64,000 nt of DNA from Neocallimastix sp. 'constans' (lineage: Eukaryota). Shown here in pieces: positions 1-18,000 of this stretch. The stretch lies in contig JBODTK010000155.1 in assembly GCA_050613775.1 (NCBI GenBank), positions 62,001-126,000 on the forward strand, in the 5' to 3' direction. Every line of letters starts with the position of its first letter. Positions within the stretch are counted from its first letter, which is position 1. Under the pieces are notes generated by a model. It saw only the letters and a list, made by a program, of their open reading frames with translations. It searched no databases and was not told the origin of the DNA. A program made the position numbers and the translations under genes.

Positions 1-7
1 AAAAAAA

Positions 8-39
<32 letters not shown>

Positions 40-88
40 TAATTTTATTAACGATAAATTTATTTAATTTATTTTAATAATATAAAAG

Positions 89-2662
<2,574 letters not shown>

Positions 2663-2974
2663 TATATTTAATATATAGCTATGTCTATATCTATTTTTTT
2701 ATCTATTTATTTATTTATTTATTTATTTTTTGTTTTGTTTTATTTGTTTATATAAATTTAAATTTATTTATTCATTTATTTATTCATTTATAAATTAATT
2801 AATTATTAATTATTATCTATTAATTCCATACAATTTTTTTATTTATTTATGATATAAAAAAACAAAAATAAAAATAAATAAATAATTGTTTAAAACAATA
2901 ACAATGATCATTACTAATTTAAAAAAAAAAAAAATTTTTTTTTGAAAATAAAAATATTTATAATTATATTTAGC

Positions 2975-3008
<34 letters not shown>

Positions 3009-3078
3009 GATTTTTATTATAACCTATATTTTTTTTAAAAAAAAAAAAAGGATAAATTTTAGTTACTTTTGTTTTATT

Positions 3079-3129
<51 letters not shown>

Positions 3130-3265
3130 TTTTATATATTTTGTTATTGACCTTGTTATCATAATTATATAATAAAAGTTTTAATAATAAATATTTAAAA
3201 TAAAAAAGTAAAGATTTTTGTTAAAATGTTAAATAATTCTATAATTAAAAGGTTAGAGATAATAT

Positions 3266-3618
3266 GTGGATCGTACATTTTGCAATGTGTCTTATAATAC
3301 TTTAAAATAAAGTCATACATTTTTAAGATATTCTATACAATCATAAATAAATATATAAATAATTATTATTTCAAAAAAAAAAAAATAATAATATATTTTT
3401 ACGATTATTATTAAATAATTATTTCAAAAGAAATAATATTCTATTAAAAAAGAATTATAAAAAATTATCCTTTTTATAAAATACTATTTTTACAAATGAA
3501 TATTAATAAATTATATATAAAAAAGAATATTTATTATTTATTTATGTATTATTTATTTAATTATTAAGAAAACAAGCCACATATGGAAATACGCCATATT
3601 GCGAAATGCACACTCCCC
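3266..3618. mobile_element. Degenerate MULE-family MITE (copy 1)
   Basis: The right end cgaaatgcacactcccc (3602-3618) is the exact reverse complement of the first 17 bp of the MULE left TIR at 27880. The left end gtggatcgtacattttgcaatgtg matches the reverse complement of the right end at 18/24. Flanks agataatat / aattaatat form a possible decayed 9-bp TSD (7/9). Confidence 0.55.
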
Positions 3619-3691
3619 AATTAATATATATATATATGTATTGTTAAATATCGTAGTTGATGTGTTTAATTCTATTGTATAATCATAAAAA

Positions 3692-3928
3692 AGGGAGTGG
3701 TATATTTCGCAAGGTTGCATTTCACCAATTCTTTTTGAAAGCATGTGGCGTATTATAAAATGTGGCATTTCGCCAAGTTGCATTTTACCAAATTGAAAAT
3801 TATTAAATAAATAAATAAAATAAAATATTATTAATATTGATTAAAAACAAGTTTAAATTATTTTGAATTTTTTATTTATTCATTCATTTATTTATATCAA
3901 TATTCCACTTGGCGAAATGCAACTCTCC
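3692..3928. mobile_element. MULE-family MITE (copy 2)
   Basis: Ends are agggagtggtatatttcgc ... ggcgaaatgcaactctcc, with internal repeats of ttgcatttcgccaa. Flanks tcataaaaa (3683-3691) / gcataaaaa (3929-3937) give an 8/9 TSD. Confidence 0.7.
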
Positions 3929-4133
3929 GCATAAAAATATGTTTAGATAATAAATTCAAAAAATAAAAAAAAAAATATATATATATATATATAATGTATT
4001 AAAAGAAATTAAAACTACATATTAAAAGAAAAATTTAGAATAGATATAATACTTTTATCAGCATATCAAAATAGTAATCATTTTAATAAATGACATAATA
4101 ATTATCGGTGTGTGTAAAAAGAAAAGATAAAAA

Positions 4134-4172
<39 letters not shown>

Positions 4173-4253
4173 ACTATTCTTTAAATGTTTAATGTATACT
4201 TTAAATTTTCATGGATAAAGCTATGGTATTAATAGTTGATTAATGGATGAAAC

Positions 4254-4635
<382 letters not shown>

Positions 4636-4663
4636 TCTAATTAAAATAATAATAATAATAATA

Positions 4664-4915
4664 GGGAGAGTTGCATTTCCCCAAGTTGCATTTCGCCAAA
4701 TTACATTTCGACAAGTGGAGTATTGATATAAATAAATGAATAAATAAATAAATATTAATTCAAAACAATTTTTTTTAAAATTATTTTTATTCGATATTAA
4801 TAATATTGATTTATTTATTTATTTAATAATTTTCAATTTGGCGAAATGCCACATTTTTTTAATAAGCCACATGCTTTCAAAAAAATTGGCGAAATCCAAT
4901 TTGGCGAAATACCCC
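4664..4915. mobile_element. MULE-family MITE (copy 3), homologous to 3692-3928 in inverted orientation
   Basis: Ends are gggagagttgcatttc ... ttggcgaaatacccc. The internal sequence is the reverse complement of copy 2 (e.g. gccacatgctttcaaaaa vs tttttgaaagcatgtggc). Flanked on both sides by ataataata (low-complexity candidate TSD). Confidence 0.7.
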
Positions 4916-5672
4916 ATAATAATAATAAAGCATTTAACCTTTATTTATTTATTTATTTATTTATTTACTTATCTATTTATATTAATTTTTTTTATTGATA
5001 GAAAAAATTATTGTACTAGGTTAAAACTCTAATTATTAATGTATTGAAAGAAAGAAAAAAAGAAATTATTTTGTTTATCAATTTTTTTTTTTTTTTTTTA
5101 ATTATTATTTCGTGAATGTCGTTTGTATTTTTTTTAAAAATAATAATATTAATAATAATGATAATTAATTATTACTAATTATTTTTCATTAACATAAATA
5201 ATTCTGTAAATACTATCTTGTAGGATTTATTCTTTTTTTATCTTCATAAATTTAAATAATTGCTATAACATTAATTCCATTTTATATTTAAAAGTAATTA
5301 ATTAATAAAAATATATAGTGTAATATTGTAGTGATATTTATTTTAAAATAGTAAAAGCAAAATATTGTCTTTATGACAATTCATATAGAAATTTCTTAAA
5401 AATTATAAAATTATTTTTAACTGAATATCATTGATAAGATAAAAATGTACATGTAATAATACAAAATATTATTAATAAATATATACAATAAGGATATGGT
5501 AAATAATTAAATAATTTATCTAATAAATAGTGTACTTTAATTATAAAATAATTTTTTAAGTTAATTGATGTAATAACTATAAAGAAAAAAAAAAAAATAA
5601 GAAATAAAAAATAAAAGATTAGTAATTATCAAAAATTTTAATATGATCTAACCCACAATATAAAAGGAAATA

Positions 5673-5866
5673 AATGATTAATATATAATATCAATAAATA
5701 CTTTAATAATAAATAAATAGGTATAAAATGAAGATATGTACATCATAGTACATAATCAAATTTTATAATATACGTTAGGGAATGTTCAAAACAAAAATAT
5801 TTAATACTTATATATCTTTATATGATCAAAATATATTGAATATTTTATCTATATGATATAATATCA

Positions 5867-5906
<40 letters not shown>

Positions 5907-6334
5907 AAAACTTTAAAAATAGTAATACTGGAAAAGATAATTAATATTAATAATAAAATTGTAAATATATATATAATAACATTAATAATAAAAATTTAAA
6001 AATAAAAATTAATTAAAAAATAGTATGGTACAGTAAGGTGTTTTTATCTTATCTTTTTTTATTTTATTTTTAAACTTTTTAATTTTTATGATAGTCTTGT
6101 CTTCACATAGACATAGTTGAAAGATAATTAATAAAACAAATTGACATTGAACAAAATGTGGAAAATAATGAAAGTCATTTGACATATAACGATATATAAG
6201 TATTAAATATTTTTGTTTTGAACATTCCCTAACGTATATTATAAAATTTGATTATGTACTATGATGTACATATCTTCATTTTATACCTATTTATTTATTA
6301 TTAAAATATTTATTGATATTTTATATTAATCATT
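5673..6334. repeat. Long inverted repeat / foldback element (about 145-bp arms)
   Basis: About 5673-5816 and about 6191-6334 are near-perfect reverse complements (e.g. tacgttagggaatgttcaaaacaaaaatattt vs aaatatttttgttttgaacattccctaacgta). Confidence 0.85.
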
Positions 6335-7821
6335 AATCATTTTATAAATACTGGTGATAATGTTTTAATTATAAAGGAAAAAATATTTAACAATTAATAA
6401 ACAAAATATAAATAATGTTAAGAGTAATTAATAACTCTATTCACTATTCATAAATAAAGAGGGAAGTAATTAATTTCGATTTATTATATTAATAATTGGA
6501 AAACTTAAATTTAATATTTATTAAAGTTTTTATCTAAGCAATTTTCCTATTCTTTTATCATATATGGTATAATTCATTAAATTAATTAAATGAATTAAAT
6601 GGAAAAAAAAAAAAAAAAAAAAAAATCAAATATGAATATTTATATATTTTTTTATTGAATAATTTTATGTAATAACAATAAAAAAAAAAATTAAAAATTT
6701 TTTTTCCTTTTTGTTTTGTTTTACATTGGAAATTATTCTATCATAATCTAACCTTTGATATATATTTGATTATCAAGATTGAAATTTTTTTATATATGTT
6801 AAATATAAATAATTATATAATAAATAGTTGTATATAAGATTTATATATAAAATTATTATATAAATTTATTTATTTATTGATGATAAATTTAATGTTATAT
6901 GATGATAATAAATTTATTTTTATCAAATTTAACATAGATACTTTTTTTTTTATTAGAAATTTTATACCTTGGTTGTTGCTATCATAGATATATATTATAT
7001 ATTTAATTATTAGTTAAGAAAATTATATTATGAATAATGATCGAAATACCGTAATTCTAAGAAGAAATTATAGAGAATTATTACTTTAATAAAAATTATT
7101 AATAATTAACACAAATAATAATTTTTTTTTTTTAAAATATGAGCATCATTAAAATAATTTATTTATAAGGAATATCGAAGACGAAAATAAAACATATAAT
7201 AGGTAAATTATATCTCATTTATTTAATAGTCATTTATATAATAATATAATAATATATCATTTTATTTTTAAACTTGATAGTTTTTCTGTTAAATAAAAAA
7301 AAATTTTAAAAAAAAATTTTTGTATCCACTAATTTTCCATACTCAGTAAATTAGATAGATAGAATTGTATTAAATATATTGTATTATATTATATTATTAT
7401 ATTATGTTTTGTAGATAAATTATATTAATATTAAAAAAAAATAATAATTAAAAATTGTTATTTTCAATAATTAATATAATTTAAACTTTTTATATAAGTG
7501 AAAAATAAAATTTGTGAAATAAAGTTTTTAAAGTTTATTCTTTTTTGATATGTAATATTAAATTAATTAATATAATTAATGGAATACTTTATTAAATAAT
7601 TTTCTATATTATGTTCAAATTTTTACATTTTAATGAAATAATAAAATAATAAATCTTCATAATATATATATTATATATAATTAATTATTATTTATAAAGA
7701 CAAAAAACAATAAAAAATAAAAGATAATAGTAAATAATCAATAATTATAAATAAATAAATAAATAAATAAATAAATCTAATAACAGTAATTAATAGTAAA
7801 CAAATTATGGCAACAATGGTC

Positions 7822-7888
<67 letters not shown>

Positions 7889-10266
7889 AAAAATAAGAGG
7901 TTTATGATGCTTTATTTTTTATTAAAGAGACTCATTTTAATTCTGTTATAATCAGAATTTTACCACAAAAAAATTTTTTTTTTTTATATTTTATAATTAA
8001 CCTTATACTTATATATAATATATATAGACATTTTACTAATTCGTATTCTATGAATAAAATAAATACTTTTATATAAAAATTGTATATTAATTCGAAATAA
8101 TTTTACAAATGCAATGTTCGTAAACGATAAAAAAAATAATACATAACAAAAACTATTAGGAGTTTACAAAATTTATATATTGCTGAAACTTTTACAATAG
8201 TGAGGGTAACGTAATATTTAAGTATAAAAATATTTTTTCTATTTCATAATATTTTTTATTTATATTTTCATATCATTTTATTTTATTTACCATATAATTA
8301 TTTTTTTTATTGATTTTATCATATGTATAATTAAATGATATAAATTTATTATAGATTATATTGATTAAAATAAAAAAAAAGCAAAAAAAAAAAACAAAAA
8401 ACAAAAACAAAAACAAAATTTTTTCTGTATTTCGTATGCTTAATAATGATAATTATGATTTATCCGTTAGTGGAAATATTTAAATAATAAATAATGAATA
8501 ATTGAATAATAAATAAATAAAAAAAAAAAAGAAAAGAAATTAAAATATTAATAAAAAAAAAAGTAATACAAATACAACTTCTGTATTGATACATTGTACA
8601 TTTTATATAATTAATTTCTAATTAATTCAATTTATTAAGAAGTTTAAAATAATTAATAATAAATAATAAGTAATTAATAATTTAATAAACAACGGATAAT
8701 AAATAATGAATAATTAATATTATTAAATATTCATTAAAGTTAACATAAAGAATTAATTTATAATAATTTTATTATTTAATTAAGATTGGGATTTTTTAAT
8801 TATTAAAAATATTAAGTATAATTTATTGAATTTTTATTTTTTTTTTATTTTTTTTTTTTATTTTTATTTTTTTCCCTTTATGTTATATTTACAGTTATAT
8901 ATTAATTTTTATTTTATTTTATTTTATTGTCATTTTTTTTTCAATTTTTATATTTAAAATACAGAAAAGACTTATTTGTAATATTTTAATATATTTTATT
9001 ATTATTATTTTTTTTTAAGACGCTCTTAATTTTTTATTAATATATATATTTTTTAATATTAATTGAAGCTATTCAAAATAAATAATATTAATTTTTTTTT
9101 TTCATATGGAATTGAAATAAAAAATAATTTATAACAAAAGCTAATATTAATAAATATTTATAATAAATAATACTATGTATATCAGTTTAGTAAATTTTAT
9201 TCTGTATTTTTATTTATTATAAAAATTTTGTTATTTACTATGAAATTTTCATATAAATTAATAAAAATTAAATTAGTAAATAGTAAAGTGAAAAAAAAAT
9301 ATATAAAGTAATAAATAAAGATATATCTATACATTAAAGTTCCAATGATATATATATCTCTAATTAAGCTTTTTTTATATTTTTTATTCTTTTATATATA
9401 TTCAATTTGTTGAACTGACTTCATGTCATTAAAATATCATTAATTATAGCTAATACCCACCACTTGTTTATACATGGACATTTTATGTTGTTTTTTATTA
9501 TTTTTAATATTTTAAATTTTTTTACATTTTGGTAATGCTAAAGGAACATAAAAATAAAATTAGTTTGCTTTCAATTTATTTATTTACCTTCAAAATATAT
9601 TAATGAATTAGTTACTATTATATTCATAATAAATAGATCATATATATTTTTTATTTGTTTAATTTTATTCAATATATTTCCATTTAATCCAAAGGCAATT
9701 AGCAACCTTATTTATATTTATTTTTAAATTAAGTTTTTTTAATGAATTCTTTTTTTTTTTATTAAGATTAAATTATTTCTAAAACTATTATTTATTAATT
9801 ATTTAATATATATTTTATTATATTATTTATATATGATAATCTTTTCTTTAAATTAATATCAATATATTATTTTTTTTATCACATATATTGTAATATATAT
9901 AAATGATCTATTTCAATATTAAGTATATGAACATAAAATATAAATTAATTTTTTTTTTTTTTTAATTTTACCATAATAAATCAAAAAAAAATTTTATTTT
10001 TGTACTTTTAAATATTTAATTTATAAATATTACATAATTAATATTATCATCAATTATTTTAGTTATTTTTGATGTATTAAATTTATTAACAATAATATTT
10101 ATTTACATTATATATTTACTTTATTATTTATTTATTTTTATTTTTTTTGATGTAACAGATGTTGTAAATAAAAATAATAATGAATAAATTTAATAGATGT
10201 AATATATTAACAATAGTATTATATCATATAATATTTAATAAAATTTGTTGTGTGGTTTACATTTTA

Positions 10267-10312
<46 letters not shown>

Positions 10313-11477
10313 CTTTGATTGATTATCCATTTTTTATTTATTTATTTCATAACATTATTATTATTATTAATTATTAATAATTATTAATAATTACATATAT
10401 AAGACTGTTTTATTTAATTTTTATTTAATTAATTTTTATTTCACATTTAATATTATTTATATGGATTTAAAGTTACATTTCATTTATTAGCCAATAATTA
10501 TTAATTGTAAGAGACTGACTAAATGTAAAGTAGAAATAGTTTGATTTTAGATTAATTTTAGTACTAATGAACTAATTTATTTCTTTATTTTGTTAAAAGT
10601 TAAAAATTATTAATAATTCTCACACTCTCTCAATATTTATTATAATAAAACTGAATCATATTCCATGATGAATGAGCTTATGTATATATATGGGACATTC
10701 AATACAAATAATAAAATATATTATGATTTATTACATGGTCAAGTATATAAATAAATGAAGACTATTTTTAATTTGTATGCTGAATAAAAATTAGATAATT
10801 TATCTTATAAAAAAGAAAAACTTTTTACAATAAAAATTCTCTTAAATTACAATATATATATAAATTTATTCAGTATAAATATTATAATTTTTAAATTTTT
10901 ATATCATAAAAATAAATCATATTGTATATTATATTATATTGTTTTTATTTATATTTTTATTTATTATTATGAAATCTTAATACTTTTAATAATTTTTTTT
11001 TTGTTAATATACAATTTTACATTAAATAACGTTGAAATGTAGTAAGCAAAAAACTAAACAAACAATAACGATTGTTTTTCATTTTTATTATTATTAAATT
11101 TTTTATTTTTTTTATATAAATATTTTTTTTATTGGTATAATTATTAATATAAAATAATATATGATTAAAAAAAATATATTTGTATTGATTATATTATGAT
11201 AATAAAATATGAATTAATTGTATTCATATAACTATTTCAATTTATAATATTGATTTTAATAATTTTTGTTATTAAATACATTTATAAAAAAAAAAGAGTT
11301 TTGTCTTTTTTTTCATTTATTTTTTTATCATATTAAAAAGATATATTTATAGTTTATTTATTTATTTTATTTTATTTATAAATTAGTAGGCTTATTTAAA
11401 TTTTATATATTATCAATGTACTTTTATATATAGATAACTTTTGGATAAAATATTTTTATTTTTTATCTAATTAATGA

Positions 11478-11553
<76 letters not shown>

Positions 11554-14022
11554 AAATAACAAACATAAAAAAAAAATAAAAAATAAACTTTATTTATTAA
11601 AAAAAAAAAAAAAACTAAATATTTTCACAATCGATTAAAAATAAATAAAAAATGGTAACTGAAAATTTTATATAAATAGTATCATTTCCCTTGCATTATA
11701 TTTTTTCTCTATTTTTTCTCTTTTGTATTTTTTTTTTTTTCATTTTTTTTTTCATTTTTGTTATCATTATTTTTTTTTCTTGCCTAAAGAAATTACATAG
11801 TATATGTAATTTTCTATGTTCTATAAATAATATTTCTTTTAATTTTTATATAAATATTCAAAAAAAAAAAAAAAAAAAACTTTTTAGACATAATTAAAAA
11901 ACAAAATTTTACATTTTGTATAATATATATTTTATTTAAACATTCATTTTATAAAATAAATAATTTAAGATATCAACAATTGAAAAATTGAATTTAATAA
12001 TCAAATAATTAAAATTGATATTCAATTATATATATATATATACAATTTATATTAAAATAAATGTCTATATTTTAAACTTTTTATAAAAAGAAAAAATACT
12101 TTTTTTTTTAAAGTAAAAAGGTAGCATCCATTTTAAAACAATATAATAAATAAATAAATAAAATAGAACAAATACAAAAACAAAAAGAAAAAACAAAAAC
12201 AAAAACAAAAAATAAAACAAAACAAAGAAAACAATAAAAATAGTTAAAGATAAAAAAATAAATTAAGAATATATTATAAAAATAATTAAAATACATTGAT
12301 ATAAATACAATAAATAAAAAAAAATATAAATATTAAATAATAGTATAAAAATATTAAAATAATAATAATAAATTAAAAAAAGTTAAGAATATATACATAC
12401 AAACAAACAAACAAGCAAACGAACACAAGCAAGCAAAATACAAATAAAATTTAATAACAACAAAATAATAATTAAAAAAAAAAAAAATAAAATTAAACAA
12501 TAAAAATTAAATAAAAATTATATATCTAGAATAAGAAAAAAAAATTTATATACTTGAATTTTTAAATTTTATAATATTATTTTTAATATATAATATTCTT
12601 TATTAGTAATTGAAATAATTAAAAGGAATTATATAATAATAATAATATATATTTTTTGATGATTAAATCTTTTTTGTTTTTCATTTTTAAAAAGGCAAAA
12701 GAAGATAAATAATAAAAATAAACAATAATTTTTACAAATTTTTTTTTTGTATTATAGTTTAATAAACTTTATTTATTATAAATTTTTTTTCAATATATCC
12801 CCTATTGAAATTTTTTATATAAATAAAAATACTAAATTCATTAATAATAGTTATATATTTTATAGAATATTGACTATTAACAATAGAATATAAAAATACT
12901 ATTATTAAAAAAAAATAGTATATAATTAGAATTTAAAAGAAAAAAAAAAACTTGATTCTTCTTTATTAAAAATAGAGAAAAAATAATAATATATTGAAAG
13001 GTAAATATATATATATATATATTATTTATATTATTAATGATGTGGAACAAAGATGCAATTTTTTTAATTCAAATATATTATAATAAAATATAAAATGGTT
13101 AAAATAATAATTAAATAGTAAAATTTAATATTATTTTTATTAAAATAATAAACAAATAAAAAAAAATATAAAGTATAGTTCAACTTATTTTAATTTGTTG
13201 CATTTATAAAGAAAAAAAAGAGATAGGTAATATAATCAAAAAAAAAAAAGATAATTTAACTTTTAATTAAATTATTATCAATGTAAACTAATCATTAATT
13301 AAACTATCTTTGATAGGATTTATTATCGATTATTATATTAATTAAAGTTTAGTATTAATTGACAGTTTAAATTTTCAAATAATTTATTTCAAAATAAAAA
13401 AAAGAAGAAAAAAAATTAGAATATTTATAATTAATATAATAATATAAAAATTTAATTTTTTTATTAAATGTTACATTTGTACATTAAATTACATAATCAA
13501 AATTAATACGTTACATTAATTTGTGATTAATAGTTTTAGCCAATACAAATAATATATTAGATTCATATATAATAGTATAAATAATATATTGAATTTTAAA
13601 GGTTTCACAATTCAAAGTTCATTTATTAAATATCAAATGTATAATATTATTCTAATATATTATTTATATTTATAATATATATATAATATTAGAATAAAAA
13701 ATATATACCATAGCATAGTATTTTAAATATTTAATATGAAATAATAAATATAAACATATAATTATTATAATTATAGATTTAAATATTACAAAGATTATAT
13801 ATATTTTCAATTATTTTTAATATTAAAACCTATAATAGAAAGTTGAAATAATAAATAATATTTTTTATTTCTTTATTTTTTTATTTTTTTTTTTCATTAC
13901 TAAAGAAATTATTATTTATACTTAATTTTAATTTTCTTTAGGAATTTTAATTTTTTATTTTATTTATTTGTTATATAATTTTTTATTAATTATTATTATT
14001 ACCTTATGTAGTATTTTTTTAT

Positions 14023-14070
<48 letters not shown>

Positions 14071-15062
14071 ATATTTTAATTATTGTAAAGTACCAAACTT
14101 ATTTATTGTAATTGATTAATCAAATATAAAATATATTAAAAGTAAATTATTATTATTATTATTATATTTTTTATGTTATTAACAATAAAATATTAATGAA
14201 ATTAAATATTCAATAAACCAATTAATCAATAAATATATTAATTATTAATCTCTACAGTAAAAATAAATGATAAATGATGTTAAACAATAATTTTTAAATT
14301 TAATATAACTTTTGTAATTTAAACCCAGTAAAACTTTTATATAAAATAAACCTATATATAATAAATAAATATAAAAACTTTTATATAAAATAGAATAATT
14401 TATATAAAAGTATTATTTAAACAATTTTGAAAAATAACTCTTTATTTTTTGGCTATACCAATAACAATAATAATAAATAATATAAAATTATATAATATAT
14501 ATATATAACTTTATATATATATCATCTCAATACTAATAAAACAAATCAATACAATATATATATATATATATTTTTTTTGAATAAAAAAATATAAATTGCA
14601 TCTTTTTTTATTTCCTTTTTTATTTATATATAAAAATTAAATTAACAAAGCTATATGTAATAAATCAAAACTAACTTTTTTTTTTTTTTTTTTTGTATAC
14701 TTTTCAAAGGTTGTTTGACAACAATCAGAGTAAAATAAAATTTTTATTTTATTTAAGATATTATATATTTCTTTTTTTTTATTTTTTATTTTTTTGGTAT
14801 ACCTAAAAGGAAAGAATATATAATTTTTTGTTTTAACAAGAAAAGTAAAAAGAATAAAGAATTAATATCTTATAATTCAATAATTATATTAATTATAAGA
14901 AAATCAATAATTATATTAATTATAAGAAAATCAATAATATATCCAATAAAATATATTTCAAGAATATTATATGTAATTCATATTCAATATCAAATTATAT
15001 TACATTATTACATATTGTATAAATTTTTTTTATAGTAATAATTTAATAGAAATAAATATAAA

Positions 15063-18000
15063 ATGTCAGTGATTGCAAGCGAATTATCTAATAATCTTGA
15101 ACCCTTTTTAAGTAAAGTTAGTAAAGAAAATAGTGTAGAACAAATTGCTATTAGTAGTAATTTATCAAATAGTCTTGGTGGCTTTTTTATTTTTGAACGT
15201 GAACCTGTTGGAGCAATTTCATCTTCACCACGTTATACCTCAAATACGAATGCGGTTTCTATTCCTTATTCTTCAAAATATCGTAGAAGTTCAAGAATAA
15301 GATTAGGAAGTACTAATTCTCCATCACCAGCTACTGCTAATGGTAGTATTTCTAGTCAAAGTTTAAAAGAATCTTTGAATAAAACAATTTCTTCAATTAT
15401 TGAAAATTGTCAAGAAAAAGTTATATTACATAATAATTCTCCTTCTTCATCATTTTCTTTCACTAAACATTCGACGATTATATATTCACCATCGAAAACA
15501 TCAAGTTCCCCTCTTTCATCTACTTCTAATAAATCTAAGCTTTCTCAAGATAATGTTTTAACAATTAATAAAATAAAGCCAAATTCACTTAGTAAAGAAA
15601 GTAAAGCTTCAGAAATCACATTTGGTCTTAAAAAGAAAGAAATATTATCTAAACTTAGAAAGTCAAGTAGTGATGATACAAATTTAAGAAAAGTTAATAT
15701 TAGAATTACGAAAGAACAATTATTGAAGGATAAAGAAATGAAAAATGAACCAAATGATATTAAAATTGAAGTTAAGGAACAAACAAAGAAGGAAGAAATT
15801 CAAAAAGATGACATTAAAATTGATGATCATTTAAAGGAAGATGTAAAGAAGGAAGACATTATAAATGATGTTCATCTAAAGGATGACATTAAAAAAGGAA
15901 ATTCTTCAAAGGAAGATATTAAAAAGGAAATAGTTGAGGAAATTATAAAAAAGGAAAGTAAAACTAACAAGGAAGAAGAGAAAGAGAAGGATTCTCTTGA
16001 ATCAGAAAATATTAAAAAACCTATTGAATTGGTTGAAGTGGAAGAAAATATTTCAAAATTAGTTAAAGTAGAGGTTGAAAAATCAGTTGAATTAAAAAAA
16101 CCGGAGGAACCAGTAAAGCCAGAAGTATTCAAAGTTGAAAAGAAGGTAGAAAAGAAGGTAGAAAAGAAAATTGAAAAGAAAATTGAAAAGAAAGTAAAAA
16201 GTTCAGAAGAAAGTAAAATTAAATCATTAGCCAAGTTAGAAGCTAAAAAGAATAAGGAACTTTTACAAAAGAAGAAATCATCTCATAAGAAAACATTATC
16301 ACTTCCAAATATATTATTACCTTTAACACCTCTTACTGGTATGGATGATGCTAATCCACTTCCGACTGTCAGAAAGAGAAGAAAGTCAGTTAATTTTAGT
16401 TCAGATAAATTTAAATCAATTTGCCATTTTACTACCACAGATAAACCAGAAAATATTAGAAATTCAAAAATAGAAGTTAAAATAGATGATCCGGAAAGTG
16501 ATAAGAAAGATAAAGAATTTTCAGATCTTCGTAATTATGAAAATGCTTGGTCACCAGTACCAAGAAATGTTATTCATATTCAAAAATTTAAATCTTCTAA
16601 AGCTAGACATGTTCAATATGAATTACCAGTAAACATTCAATCTTTTAAATTAGTTCGAAGTAATAGTGAAGAAACTGAAGATAAATTAACTTGCTTAAAG
16701 GTTACCTTAAATGTTCAAAATTTGAATTATGAAAAAAAGGTTGTCATACGTTATACTGTTGATAAATGGAAATCCTTTAAAGAAGTAGAAGCAAAATATG
16801 TTAAATGTATTCGTGAAGCCACAAAGGATGAAGGGGATGGTATAAAAGGTGTTGTAGGTTTAGATCGTTTTGTTGCTCGTATTCAAGTTGGTGATTATTT
16901 TGTATTGGAAGAAAAACCGGGTCATATTTGTAACTTAAGACCAACTAAGATGCTTTTAGTTGCTCGTTACGAAGTAAATAATAACACCTATTGGGATAAT
17001 AATGATTTTACAGATTATCATATTGAATTAGTTCGTATTAATGCAGGATATGATGTACCAAGAGTATCTAAGCATGGAAAGCCAATTCCATGTCCTGGAT
17101 GTTGTATGGATGGAAAGCAAAGTAATTCTATTGATAGTACAGGAAAAAAAATAAAGAATAATAGACGTACTGTAAGAAAAATTGGTGGTGTATTTGGTAA
17201 TTTTACTGAAGCTGTTGGTAAAAATAATGATCATACTAATTTCATGGCAGATAAAGAAAAGACAAATCTTTATATGGGTATGGATGGTATTGGAAATAAA
17301 GATTCTTCTATTTCTGAATCGAAGAATTGCAATTCTGCTGTTAAAGAGGTAAAAGTTTTAACAAAAGAACCTCAATCTATTGAAGATGTTGAAACCTCAC
17401 CAAAGAAGAAAACTATACCTAAAAAGAAAATGAATTCTTTCGAAAAAATGATGCGTCCAGATTCTTATGGTTTTGGTTGTTCTCCTTCGATGAGTGGAAG
17501 TCCAATGTTTTCAATGCTTAACAGTTATCCAATAAGTACAACATGTGCTAATTCATCTATTACTACTACTGCTCCTGCTAATTCAACTGTTGCTTCTACT
17601 AATACTACCACTACCAATACTACCGGACCTATATCAACGAAATCATCTTCAATTTATTCTACTTCTTCTTTATATGGTGGTAATACCACTACTCCTTCAA
17701 AATATGATCCACCAGTATCAACTACATCATCATTATATCAAAATAGTATGACAGGAATGGGAATGTCATTTTCTTCGTACGGATCGAATTCCAGCTATTC
17801 TTCATATGATGTGTCCTCTCATTCAAAATATGAACTATCTCCATATAATGGTGGTATAAGTTATGATCCATCCGCGTATAGCTCTACCTCGTCCTCCCTA
17901 TCCTATGCTACTTCTTCATCTAAATATAATCCACCCAACGAAGGATATTCTGAAAATAAATTTTCCAAATATGATCCTCCAAACTATTATAATAAATCTT

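Noticed and set aside
11691..12296. Short Phe/Ile-rich ORFs (also 18733, 19485, 20438, 38196, 48411-48736, 51125, 53501, 61768)
   Set aside because: Low-complexity A/T tracts with no coding-like composition or motifs.
6400..15000. Hidden genes in the long AT-rich stretch
   Set aside because: No GC-enriched exon-like segments or RNA gene motifs were seen; it appears intergenic, though tiny exons cannot be excluded.
15872..17751. Antisense or alternative-frame ORFs inside real genes (also 34400, 44454, 59888)
   Set aside because: Shadows of the CBM21, acyltransferase, NME7 and RRM coding sequences.
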